This document shows positions 50,955 through 62,291 of a stretch of DNA of 64,000 bases, in pieces. Both the position numbers and the translations under genes were made by a program. Positions within the stretch are counted from its first letter, which is position 1, and every line of letters starts with the position of its first letter. Origin of the DNA: Chrysemys picta bellii. Taxonomy: Eukaryota. Under the pieces are notes generated by a model that searched no databases, was not told the DNA's origin, and saw nothing but the letters and a program-made list of their open reading frames with translations. The stretch lies in NCBI RefSeq assembly GCF_011386835.1, contig NC_088792.1, positions 243,102,001 through 243,166,000 on the forward strand, in the 5' to 3' direction.

Positions 50955-53643
50955 CAGAGGTGGGCAAACTTTTTGGCCTGAGGACAACAACAAAATTGTA
51001 TGGCGGGCCATGAATGCTCATGAAATTAACAATTCATGTTCAATCAGGGACAACATAAGTTTGTTTCAAAATCAACACTATTGCACTACATAAAAGTCTG
51101 GTAGTTTTCATGTTTATTGCTGACTTCTTTACAATCTGTAATTAGCTTTGTTGAATCATCAGTGTTTCTCCATTTGATGGTGTCAATAACCAAAATGTAG
51201 TCAAACTATTTTAGCTTCAAAGTAAACCATAATTAAGCAATGTTGTGGTTAAACAATTTAACTCTGAAGAAGACTTATTCAAATAAACTTTATTAAAGAT
51301 ACCTTTTAGTGGGGAAAAAAAAATAAAACCTTACTTACTATTATAAATATACCATCATAACAACGTATTACAATAATTAAACCAAACTTACCCCCTTTCC
51401 ATGCTCTCTTTGATTAATGTGAACAATACAGCTGCTCACCCTTCTTTACAATGGCATCAAAGTCTGATGTCATTCTCGTTGTGAAAATCCACAATACCGA
51501 GCTGAGATGCTGGTCAGTTAACTGGTATCTGTAGTGAGATTTGTTATAATTCAGTAGGGAAAATGTTTGTTTGCACACATAGGTGGAGCCGAACAAAACA
51601 AGGATTTTCTGTGCCACTTGCGGATATTTGGGAACTTTGTTTCACTCAAGGAGATATAAAACTCATCCAGTTTGTACTTTTTCTTCAAGATGGAATCTCA
51701 CTGGAGATCAATGTAATTGATTAGTGTCTTCTCTATCTTCTCTAAGTCAGAGAATTGATGAGAAAATTCTCCGTGCAAATTCTCGCTCAAAATGTTGCTG
51801 TACTTTTCTGTCTGCTCTGGCGACAATTCCAAGTATTTCAGTGTTGGAAAGTGAACGAACATTTTGTCCTTAATTTGTTTTGAAAACAAAACTAACTTGA
51901 CTTTGAACGCTGTCACTCTAGAATTCAATTCATGTACAAACACATTCTTTCCTTGCAGCTTCACATTAAGTTCATTTAAATGTGCCAACATATCCACACT
52001 AAAAGCGAGGTCGCACACCGAGTTTGAACTATTTAATTCAGGGAAATCATTTTCTTTCTCCTGCATCTCCAGAAAAGTGCAAATTTCATCTCTGAGCTCC
52101 CATACTCATTGCGGTACCTTTCATAAGCTGAGCCAGCGGACATTTGTATGATAAAGTAAGTCCTGGTGTTCAGCATCCGTGTCTTCAAAAAGAGAAATGA
52201 ATTGCCAGTGATTAAGCTCCTCTCTCTTATGTAGTTCACTACTTTCACTACTGTGCGAACAACAGGATCAATGTCCAGGACATTTTTGCAGAGGGCCTCC
52301 TGATGTATAATACAATGCAGAAAAATCACTCTTTATCAGGGTTGTCTTTTTACTTTGTCCTGAATTCTTTTTAAAATCCTACGTTTTTCACAGTTAAATT
52401 TGGCGATCAATCTTTGATTACGTTTGCCAGTTTACTCCAGGGGAGCTTCAGCTGTTCAAGGCAGCCAGACACCGTCTCATATAAATCCGATCCCTTAGTT
52501 GTGCATTTCATTGATTCCATTGATAAAAATTCCTCTGTGGTTTCAAATTTGTCATCAATTCCTCTGACAAAAATTAATAACTGTGCTGTGTCCTTAATGT
52601 TAGTGCTATCATCGAGAGCTAATGAAAACAACGTAAAGCCCTGTGCTTTTTTGTTCAACTCCGAAGTCAAATGTTCATCAATCACTTCTACTTGGTGAGT
52701 AACAGTTCTTCATGGCAAACTAAAGTTCTCAAATTTGTTTTGGTATTCTGGGCACAGCATGCCAGCAACATCAACCATGCGTTCTTTCAAAAACTCCCCT
52801 TCAGCAAAAGGCTTATTTTGTTTAGCAATTTTAAACGCCAGAACATAACTTGCCTTTGTAATGGCTTCCTGAACTGTAGATTGTTGTATATAAATATTTT
52901 GTTGAGCTTTTAAGTTTGTGGGGAGTTTCTTCGCATTTCTTGCCCTTTCCTCAGTTGTTAAATTACTGCCATAAATAGGATGTTTCGTTGAAAAATGGCA
53001 ATTCAAATTTTACTCCTCAAACACTGCAATGCTTTCCTGATAAGTCAGGCATACAGCCTTCGAGTTCAGGTTTGTGAAAAAATTATTTTGCATTCCATTC
53101 TTTGTTGAAAACCCGACACTCACTGTCCACTTTTTTTTTTTTTTTCAGCGCTCCATTTTTGAAAGGGAAAAGAAAATCCTAACTGCTACCCTTATTTCAA
53201 ACTGCTGTTTTACAAGATTGCATGCATTTGATGCATGGCCTCATTTTCAAAAGAGGCGCCACAGCAACTGTTTTTTTTAAATCAGAAAAGACACGCTGCG
53301 CCAGGGGCATAGCCACGGGTGGGCCTGGGCAATTATCATCCAGGCCCACCCCATCACTTGCCCAACTCCGCCAGCGTTGCAGCCTTGTAGCGGGGTTGGG
53401 GGCTTGCCCCACTTCCCCCGTCTGCCTGGCACTCCTGCTGGGGAGTGGTTTGCAAGCTGCCCACCCCACTCCCCAGCAGGAGTGCCGGAGCAGGGCAAGC
53501 CACCCCCCTGCTCCCAGGCTGGAGCGCTGGAGCAGGGCAAGCCGCTGACCTAACTCCCACGTGGGAATTTTGGAGTTCAAGGGCGGGATTAAAAACTCTG
53601 ATGGGATGGACGCGGCCTGCGGACTGTAGTTTGCCCACCCCTG
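50955..53643 (-). mobile_element. Near full-length hAT-Charlie transposon (2.7 kb)
   Basis: TIR cagaggtgggcaaact / agtttgcccacccctg; TSD tcctgtag/tcctattg (6/8). Confidence 0.93.
51414..53156 (-). pseudogene. Charlie/GTF2IRD2-like hAT transposase, disrupted
   Basis: Zinc-finger N-terminus (KVDSECRVFNKEW...VCL), FSLALDDSTNIKDTAQLLIFVRG, LHCIIHQEALC, LNELNVKLQG, FGSTYVCKQTFS; several stops and frameshifts. Confidence 0.93.
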
Positions 53644-53997
53644 TCCTATTGGTATGTTCCTGGATCCCAACTACTAGAGGGACTGGTAGTCCTGGGCTCT
53701 GCGGCTTTATTGGGCTCTGCAGTGAGAGTTATTAAGTCATCCACCTTATGGATGGAGTAGGGACATTGTGATTGGCAAGGATCTGGCTGTTGAGGAATCT
53801 TTGGATCCAGTTCCACCGGATCTGTCTGCAGTTCAGAGAGTGATGCCTGATACTTTGTCTGAGGAAGAGGACGAGGATCTAATGCCTCATTTGATTACAA
53901 CTTTTGAACATGGTCAGATGGATACTAAATTTAAATCCAATTTGTCACATGATTAGGATATGAGTGCTGCTTCTGTATCCTTTCCTTCTGAGGATCC

Positions 53998-54428
53998 ATG
54001 AAGCAGGGAAATTGTATGAATGTGGAAACTATTGAAGGATAAAACTGTTGTTGCAGGGGATGAAGATACTGGATTGTATCCTGGACACTAGGATTAGAAG
54101 AATGATGGAACCCTTCCTCAAACAAGAACTGTTCGGCTTTAGGAAGGGACGAGGAACCACAGATGCCATGTTTGTAATTCGGCAAGAGATAGAGAAGGGG
54201 CTAGAGTATTAACAGGATAGTTTCTGAGCTTTTGTAGATCTAGAAAAGGCATCTAATAAAGTGGCCAGAAGGATGCTCATACCAGTGCTGAGGAAATATG
54301 TTGTGTCTGAGAATTTAATAACTATAGTAAGATCAACTAAAACAGTGATCCAAACACGTTTTGAAATGACAAGTCCCTTTGAGGTAAAAGCTGGACTGTA
54401 CCGGGGGGACTGTCCTTTCCTGCTCCTG
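53998..54428 (+). mobile_element. RTE-clade LINE RT fragment
   Basis: CGNY*RIKLLLQGMKILDCILD...LFGFRKGRGTTDAMFVIRQ, FVDLEKA. Confidence 0.8.
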
Positions 54429-55421
54429 AACTGAAGAGAGGATACTTTTTGTTGAATGTGATATTCAGAAGCAATCCTAAATCTGCAATCTAGCAGATCT
54501 TCTTGTGAATGAGGCTTCAGCGGCCAGTGTCTAAGTATGGATAAACAAAAGTACTCTGTCTTCTAAGTTGTCATCCTACCACAGGATGGCACTTCGTAAA
54601 AACTCTTGGTTCTGTAGAAAAGCTAAATGTCAAGACCTTGTACTGAAAATATCTTTGTGCTGCCACTATATGGAGGTGCTTCTGATGGTTTGGCCAGATA
54701 AAAATATGGAAATATGCATCTTTTAAACTAAGAGTTGTGAACTAGTCCATAATTGAAAGAGAGGGAATTGTGGAGGCTAGGCTTACAATGCTGTCCTTTG
54801 ATTCCTTGTGAGTGTTCTTTATTTATCTATTAAATCTGTGTTTATTTTTGTTATCACATTAGGTTGAAGAGTGAGCAAGTTACACACCTTGATGGCAAAC
54901 CCTCCTTTTACTATTTTTCAAAAGGCACGGTGGTTTTAGACCTGATCCAGGTTTTTACCAATAATATTATCAGAGTTTCACAACATACAATTAATTTGCC
55001 ATTGTTTTTTCCCAAAGCCGTGTTTTAATAAAGGGGAATCTGCTTTATGTACTTCAGATGCTAGAAGGGTATTAGCATGTTATTTAAATAGAATTAAAGA
55101 TTTTAGGAGGTCTTCTGGTTATTTGTTTGTTCTACTACGAATCATGCGAGTTACAGTTTATCTGCTAAGATACAGATTTCCAGTTGGGTAAAACAGTGTT
55201 TCCTTGAATGCCACAAGTTAGCAGCAGTAACTATGCCTAAAGTTATGACCTCTCATTCAACAAGAGCTGTGGCAGGATCTTTTGCTTGTCTTAAACATGT
55301 TCCTATTGGGGAAATCTGTAAGGCTGCTTCTTGGAAGTCACTTTATATTTACTAAACATTATGCTTTGGCTTCAAGAGTGGATGCTAGATTTGGTGGAGT
55401 AGTGCTTCAATTGTTTTTAAT

Positions 55422-55500
55422 AATCAGAGAATCATAGAAGATTAGGATTGGAAGAGACCTCAGGATGTCATCTAGTCCAACCCCCTGCTCAAGTCTGGTC
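55422..55500 (-). mobile_element. CR1/SINE 3'-tail fragment
   Basis: gaatcatagaagattaggattggaagagacctcaggatgtcatctagtccaaccccctgctc. Confidence 0.85.
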
Positions 55501-55594
55501 CCTCCTCCTGAGTTTTTCAGCACTATTTGCCAAACTGTTCCTAAGTGGGAATATGTAGGGTCACTCGAAGAAATGAAGGTTACTTGTAACCAGA

Positions 55595-55713
55595 GTTGTT
55601 TGAGTGCTTCCTCATGTCCATTCCAAGTGAGGTGTGCACGCACATCTTACTTGGAATGGACATGAGCAACACATCTTGAACAACAGTTACAAAAGATAGG
55701 TAACCGTTATTTC
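55595..55713 (+). mobile_element. Terminal-repeat-only mini-DIRS (family B ends)
   Basis: Perfect 18-bp inverted arms 55611-55628 and 55649-55666; 3' end closely resembles 16245-16309. Confidence 0.75.
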
Positions 55714-56329
55714 TTTCAGATGACTCTGAACATTCACACTTCCTGCTCACCCTCCCTTCTTCCTCGGTCCTATTTTGGTTTCTCTGGATCAGCAGTTGGA
55801 AGGAACTGAGGTGGTAAGGGGCACAATGCTTCCTTATATAGCCTTGCCATCAGAACATTTAAAGACACTTAGGGAAGGAGGAGAGGATACACATGCACTC
55901 CAGCAGGTACTGCTTGGAGAATGTTCTACCATTAGGCTTCACTGGTCAGCGCTTTACCCATATTGTGACTATACAGAGTCATCTTGAACTCTGGTTGCAA
56001 GTAACCAGCCTTTGTTTATTTACATATATAAACTAGAATTTAAGTAAATTATCTTATGCTCACAATGGATTGGGGATTGGCTAAAGGTCTGTAATAGAGG
56101 TAGGGGAAGCACAGCCTTAATTGAAGAAGTTGCCTCCTGTGCCATTTTACTTGTAAGTCTTCTGCAACATGGAACATAGCTCGTTAGAATTTAGAAGGTA
56201 TAACCTTAAAATGCATTTCTTCTTTCAGTGCATTTCTTCTTTCAATTTACTTCATGTTTATCATTTAAAAAATAAATTGTATCAGAAAGCTATCTGCTGT
56301 ATAAAATGTTCTTACTTTGTACTTCCCAG

Positions 56330-56669
56330 TTAATGGTGAGTCATCGTCATCTGCACCGGAAGCTGATAATTCTGCCTCTGAGGCTTTTATGGGTTCTGTA
56401 GAAACCCCCATGTCTACAGATTGCACTAACACAATTACAGAACCTCCATCAACAACAGAAGCAATTAGTTACTCTGAAAACAGCACATCTTGTACAGTCC
56501 CCATTATGTCTGCTGGACTTGAAGCTGTAACTACCACAGACTCTGAATCCTCTAATACCAGAAGCAGCACCACTGCAGAAGCAGCAAAACCAAGGGAATC
56601 TTCAAGTGCATCTGGGGAACCTGTGAGACAGCAGCCTGGTAGTACCAGTACAGAACCTTTGCCACCAGG
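56330..56669 (+). CDS. WWP1: WWP1 coding exon 7, S/T-rich linker to the start of WW1 (VNGESSSSAP...STEPLPPG)
   Basis: cttcccAG acceptor, GTATGT donor, 340 nt, open frame ending in PLPPG. Confidence 0.93.
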
Positions 56670-57762
56670 GTATGTGGGCTTAGTTTTAATTAATAATATG
56701 ATCTAATCTTATGTGGCCTGAACACCTTTATATATAGACATAGAGATTTTATTACAGCTCTGGATTGCCAAATACAGTCCAGTTGGCTGAGACATAGTTA
56801 TTTGATCTAAAATAGTTTTGCGGTATTGCAGTCCTAACTGGGGTGGAAGCTTTTGGTGCCAGAAACTAATAACAGGCTGCTCGTTTGCTGAGAGTGATAT
56901 GACCTATATAGAAGAGCCTCAAGACATTCTGAGCAAAAAGAATCTTCATTTGAAATATTTAAACTTATTCCACATTAACAGGGGTATCTGGAGTTGTGTG
57001 CCAAAAATGTTCTGAATACAAATAAAATTGTAAAGGAGGTGCACGTGTGTGTAAAAAGGATAGAAATTATGCAATTCCAAGTTAGTCATGGTGCTTGCAA
57101 CTACTGGATTAACACTGAAGCTGTCCTATTAGCTGTCACATGACTTCACAAACTAGAATTGAGAGGTGCTTACTGAAGTTAACAGAAACTGAAGCACATT
57201 TTAAGGACATACTAAAACATAGGTTGACTGGAATTTTTAACTTTTGTGGAAATAGGTTGTCTCCTTGAGTGGAAAATATTACTTCAGTGGCAATGTTTAT
57301 TTACTGTTGTTGCCCGATCTATTGATTACTGCTTCAGTGGAACTTAGACTTGTACTTACAAGTGCACTCTGCCCCTTACACTTAGCGAGTTTCATTACTT
57401 CCTTATCCCCTGCTTCCTGTGTTTGGTGCTTTAATAAGCTATAGGGGGTCTACTTGCTTCTCTCTGCACCATGCTTCCACTGGGACGGGGGTGCCTCCAT
57501 TGGAAGCCCCATCTCCGGCTGATGCTTTTTCACTTTTACATGCAACACGTGGCACATCAAACCCCATGGGTTTGGGTGCTCAAAGACATCCTGCCTGTAC
57601 TCCTGAATTGAATCTCCGCCACGCTCCTTAATATATGTTAACATAAAACTTCTCATGCTGTGGCTAAAAAACATGGCCACAGGCTGGTCCTTTGGACTCT
57701 TTGTTCAATGTGGAGAAATGAGTTAGTCTAAGTTTGAGTTTCAATTTTCAGAAAATCAATGG

Positions 57763-58060
57763 GCTAGATTCACAAAATGCCAGGGTGTATGAGGGGGATC
57801 TCCCTTTTATAACCTTTAGCCCAGTGGTTAGAGTACTCTCGTGGAATGCTAGAGAGAGGATTTGAACTTGAGTGTCTCACATTGCAGGAGAGTGTCCTAG
57901 CTACTGTGCTAAGGGATGGGATGTTCTGTTATTGGTCTTTTTCAGTCTGTCCTGTTGGAGTTGTTCCATTTTTTAATAAATAAATAGTCATTGGAGCAGG
58001 GACATGAACTTGCATTTCCCACACCCTAAGTGAGAACCCTAACCACGAGGCTATAGAGTC
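57763..58060. mobile_element. Old composite repeat with three tRNA-like modules
   Basis: gggctagattcacaaa start; A-box-like head on + (57817), A/B-box modules on - (57856-57911, 57993-58053). Confidence 0.5.
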
Positions 58061-58113
58061 ATCCTCATGCTCTTTCTCTAGTAGTATGACTACTGCCACA
58101 GTTTTGGGGTCAA

Positions 58114-58281
58114 GTATCAGAGGGGTAGCTGTGTTAGTCTGAATCTGTAAAAAGCAACAGAGGGTCCTGTGGCACCTTTAAAATTAACAGAAGTATTGGG
58201 AGCATAAGCTTTCGTGGGTAAGAACCTCACTTCTTGCATCTGAAGAAGTGAGGTTCTTACCCACGAAAGCTTATGCTCCCA
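58114..58281. mobile_element. Fold-back Penelope pseudo-LTR derivative with 12-bp flanking direct repeats
   Basis: Perfect 40-bp inverted arms 58196-58235 and 58243-58282; acagttttgggg at 58098-58109 and 58282-58293. Confidence 0.9.
58236..58276 (+). ncRNA. Minimal type I hammerhead ribozyme motif with a consensus core
   Basis: GCAT-CTGAAGA-A-[GTG a GGT tctt ACC CAC]-GAAA-GCTT-ATGC. Confidence 0.82.
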
Positions 58282-58551
58282 ACAGTTTTGGGGATGACCC
58301 TGTTTAAGGGGATCGAACTCCACTGAAGCTTTGCACACTACCCGTAGGAGGAAGAAGGGTTGTGAGAGCTGGTGGAACAGTAGGGATGTGCCCAGTGGAT
58401 CAATGCACTGGTTATATCCACTGGCCCCAAAATACTCCGTGTGTGGGGTGGGAGAAAGAGACAGGATAACTGCAGCCACTGCTATACAAAGTCATTAGTA
58501 TTGGTTTTGAAGTGGCCTAAATGCTAGTTACTGCTGGTTGGAGGTGAAAAT

Positions 58552-59340
58552 TCCATAAATAGATTTTAAGGCCAGAAGAGACCATGAGATTATCTAATCT
58601 GATCTCTTTATACTACAGGCCCTTAAATTTCACGCAGTTACCCCTGTATTGAGTCTAATAATTTGTGTGTTGACTTAAGAATACCTTCCAGAAAAGTATC
58701 TAGTATTGATCTGAAGACTTCAAGAGATGAAGAATCCAACACTTGCATTGGTAGTTAGTTGCAGTGGTTAATCAACCTTCACTGTTAAAATGTGTCCCTT
58801 ATTTATCTGACTTTAGCTTCCAGTCATTGGTTCTTGTTATATCTTTCTCTGCTAACGAGCCTTTTGGTACCTAGTATTTTCTCCCTGTGAATGTACTTAT
58901 ATACTGTAATCAAGTCACCTCTCAGTTTCTTTTTTGATAACCTAAACAGATTTTACTCTTTAGGTCTCTCACTCTAAGGCATTTTAGACAGCCCTCAAAT
59001 CACTTTTATGGCTCTTTACATCACCCTCTCCATTTTTTCAATATAATTTTTAAAATGTGCTCACCAGAACTGGATGCAGTGTTCTAGTATCAGTCTCACC
59101 AATGCCATATACAGAAGTAAAATCATCTCTCTATTCTTACTTGTGCTATGCCCCTGTTAATACATCCAAGGATCACATTAGTCTTTTTTGCCACAACATC
59201 ATGATGTTTGTCCACTATGACCCCTTAATCCTTTTCAGAGTCACTGCTTTCTAGGATGCAGTCTCAAATTTTGTAAATATGAACAGTATTCTTTGTTTCA
59301 ATATGTATGAAAGGCTGTATTAAAATGTATTTTGTTTGAA
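58552..59340 (-). mobile_element. Old CR1 LINE 3' fragment
   Basis: ccataaatagattttaaggccagaagagacc tail; ccagaactggatgcagtgttc (EHCIQFW-like) motif. Confidence 0.75.
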
Positions 59341-60608
59341 CAGGTCCAGCTTTACCAAGTGCTCCAGATTGTGTTGTATGACTCCCCTCTCCTCATCTTT
59401 ATTTACCATTTGCAATTCCTCAGCTTCATGTGATTCCGAATGCATAGCTTATATACTTGTGCTTTGCAGTCTAAGAAGTTGACCTTTAGAGAATTGAGTA
59501 CTTACAGGCATTGAACCTGTGCTTCGGGTCCTGATATGTAAACAATCAGTAATAATTTTATTTGGCCTTTACCATAATTTAAGTGATGATTTTCCAAGTG
59601 CAGCTTTTCATATTTTGTAGGGGTTCAATAGAACTACAAAGACACTTTGCATAAATAATGGTGCGAAATCTTGCAATTAGCATGAGTTTTGCTACATTTT
59701 TCGGCTAAGGTAACTTGATAATAAGATGAAAGGATATGAACAAGGATGATAATTGGGAACAAATATAGTCTAGTATTGGGGGGAAATTGTTTAGCCTGAA
59801 AATTTCAAAGCATTATAAGCGCATAACTAGAGTGACAGCAAGTGCATCAGTGGAATTTAAGGTATAAAGGATTTTCAAAAAGGTGGCTTTAGTGCATTCA
59901 ACATCCTTGGTGCACCTGTGTCGGAACATAACCTTTTTGTGTGCATGTGGGCACTGTGGATGTGGCCAAGTGGTAGGTGTCCCAGCGGCATTTTCAAACT
60001 AGGTGGGGGAGTTGCATAACCTGATGTTGGTGCTGAAAAGGTACACAAATCCAGAATATGCATATGTGATTACGTACAGGCCCACTTTTCTCCTTGGCTC
60101 CTGGTCATTGCTGGAGAAGAAGGTCTGTTGAGAACATCTAAAGGTGCCTGCTGATGAAGGAAAAGTTTAATGCAAGAAAATACAAAGTTGTTGTTACTTT
60201 GCTTTAATAAAGTTTGGGTTATGGCAAGTGGGAAAGGGAATGTGGAGACTAAAGTCAAATCAATAAATATAAAAATGAATGTGGTATGAGTGGTGCTTGC
60301 TTTCTCTTCCTCAGCTGCTGTTCAGAAACAGTCTTTCCCAACCAGGTACCCAAATGTGTGCAGGCTCTCCTTAGAGATTTGGTAGGATCATTGGCATGGT
60401 CTTGGGTGGAATGGGTTTTGTGTGTGGTGTTCTTCTTCGGTGCAGACAGTCAAGAGTAGTTAACACTGAGAAACTCCACATGGACCTAAAAGCTAGTTGA
60501 ATAAGCACCATCATAAATAAAATTATTAATAAATGCAATGTAGTTTACATTGGAAAGAATAATTTGAACTATTGAAACCCTGTTTCTTGGGTTCTATATT
60601 AACTACAA

Positions 60609-61724
60609 GTATCAGAGGGGTAGCCCTGTTAGTCTATCCACAAAAACACTGAGGAGTCTAGTGGCATCATAAAGACTAACAGATTTATTTGGGCATAAGC
60701 TTTTGTGGGTAAAAACCCCCACCTCTTCAGATGCTTGGAGTGAAAATTACAGATGCAGGCATAAATATACTGACATATGAAGAGAAGGGAGTTACCTTGC
60801 AAGTGGAGAACCAGTGTGGACAAGGCCAATTCAATCAGAGTGGATGTGGTCCACTCCCAATAATTAATGAGGAGGTGTCAATACCAAGAGAGGGAAAATT
60901 GCTTTTGTAGTGAGCCAGCCACTCCCAGTCCCTATTCAAGCCCAAATTAATGGTGTTAAATTTGCAAATGAATTGTTGTTGAAGGATGGCCACTTTTAAA
61001 TCTGTTATTGAATGTCCAGGGAGATTGAACTGTTCTCCTACTGGTTTTTGTATGTTACCATTCCTGATGTCTGATTTGTGTCCATTTATTCTTTTACATA
61101 GAGACTGTCCAGTTTGGCCAATGTACATGGCAGAGGGGCATTGCTGGCACATGATGGCATATATCACGTTAGTAGATGTGCAGGTGAATGAGCCCCTGAT
61201 GGTGTCGCTCATGTGGTTGGGTCCTCCGATGGTGTTGCTGGAGTAGATATGGGGACAGAGTAGGCAGTGGGGTTTATTACAGGGATTGGTTCCTGGGTTA
61301 GTGTTTCTGTGGTGTGGTGTGTAGTTGCTGGTGAGTATTTGCTTTAGGTTGGAGGGTTGTCTGTAAGCGAGGACCGGCCTGCCTCCCAAAGTCTGAGAGA
61401 GTGAGGGATCGTTTTCCAGGATAAGTTGTAAATCGTTGATGATGTGCTGGAGAGGTTTTAGCTGGGGGTGGTACATGATGGCCAGTGGTGTTCTGTTATT
61501 TTCCTTGTTGGGCCTGTCCTGTAGTAGGTAACTTCTGGGTACCCGTCTCACTCCGTCAATCTGTTTCCTCACTTCTCCAGGTGGGTATTGTAGTTTTAAG
61601 AATGTTTAATAAAGATCTTGTAGGTGTTTGTCTCTGTCTGAGGGATTGGAGCAAATTCAATTGTATCGTAGGGCTTGTGTGTAAACAATGGATCGTGTGA
61701 TGTGTCCTGGATGGAAGCTGGAGG
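60609..61724 (-). mobile_element. Penelope-like element, 5'-truncated (GIY-YIG ORF 60835-61572 and pseudo-LTR)
   Basis: RTPLAIMYHP, CNKPHCLLC, NVIYAIMCQQCPSAMYIGQTGQSL. Confidence 0.93.
60693..60734 (-). ncRNA. Hammerhead motif with a G12A change (probably inactive)
   Basis: Reverse complement GCAT-CTGAAGA-G-GTGGG...CCCAC-AAAA-GCTT-ATGC. Confidence 0.65.
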
Positions 61725-62291
61725 GTGAGCGTGCGTGAATGTGGGGGAGACATTGATTACTGTCATGGGGCGGAGCGGAGCTGGGCGTGCATGCCTGTCA
61801 ACAAGCGAGAGAGACTCTGTCCTTCCTGCTTGCTGGGGGTGTGGAGACGTAGATCTTTTTAATTATGCAGAAGGAAGGCTCTTTCCAGGAGGCAGAAATG
61901 TAGCAGTCTGCCTGCGTAATAATATGGTTAATGTTCCTATTGTTAGTTAACTGTTCCTATTCTATTAACTGTCCCCATTCTCCATCAATTCCCACAGGAG
62001 CATAAAACCTGTAAAAATTTTAAGGCCCCTACATTGCTAGGGTGATGTAAAGTCTGATAAATGATGTAGGGGAATCAGCTAGGAAGATCTATGTGCTTTC
62101 TCACTTTTTTTTCCTGTGTCAAAGTGGCACAGTGGGCTTAGATTACAGCTCAGAATTTATTTTACTTACCCATTTAAAAAAAAAAAAAAAAACTTTGAGG
62201 GCAAATAAAACAGTTACCAAGCAGTCAATAAAATGTCAGGACAATCAGAAGCAAGCACTTCCCAAAGTACCCAGCCAGATCCAGGACAATA

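Larger units (their letters stand above)
50158..56010 (+). mobile_element. Old DIRS element fragmented by at least four later insertions
   Basis: 5' repeat cttcaagtggctctgcatattcccac; YR remnant at about 54900-55415 (LPLFFPKP, DARRVLACYL, SHSTRAVAGS, EICKAASW, DARFG); 3' inverted repeats ttacttgtaaccagagtt / aactctggttgcaagtaa. Confidence 0.7.

Noticed and set aside
60835-61572. 245-aa GIY-YIG ORF as a domesticated nuclease
   Set aside because: It is a truncated Penelope fragment with an internal deletion after AILQQ and no upstream RT or start context.
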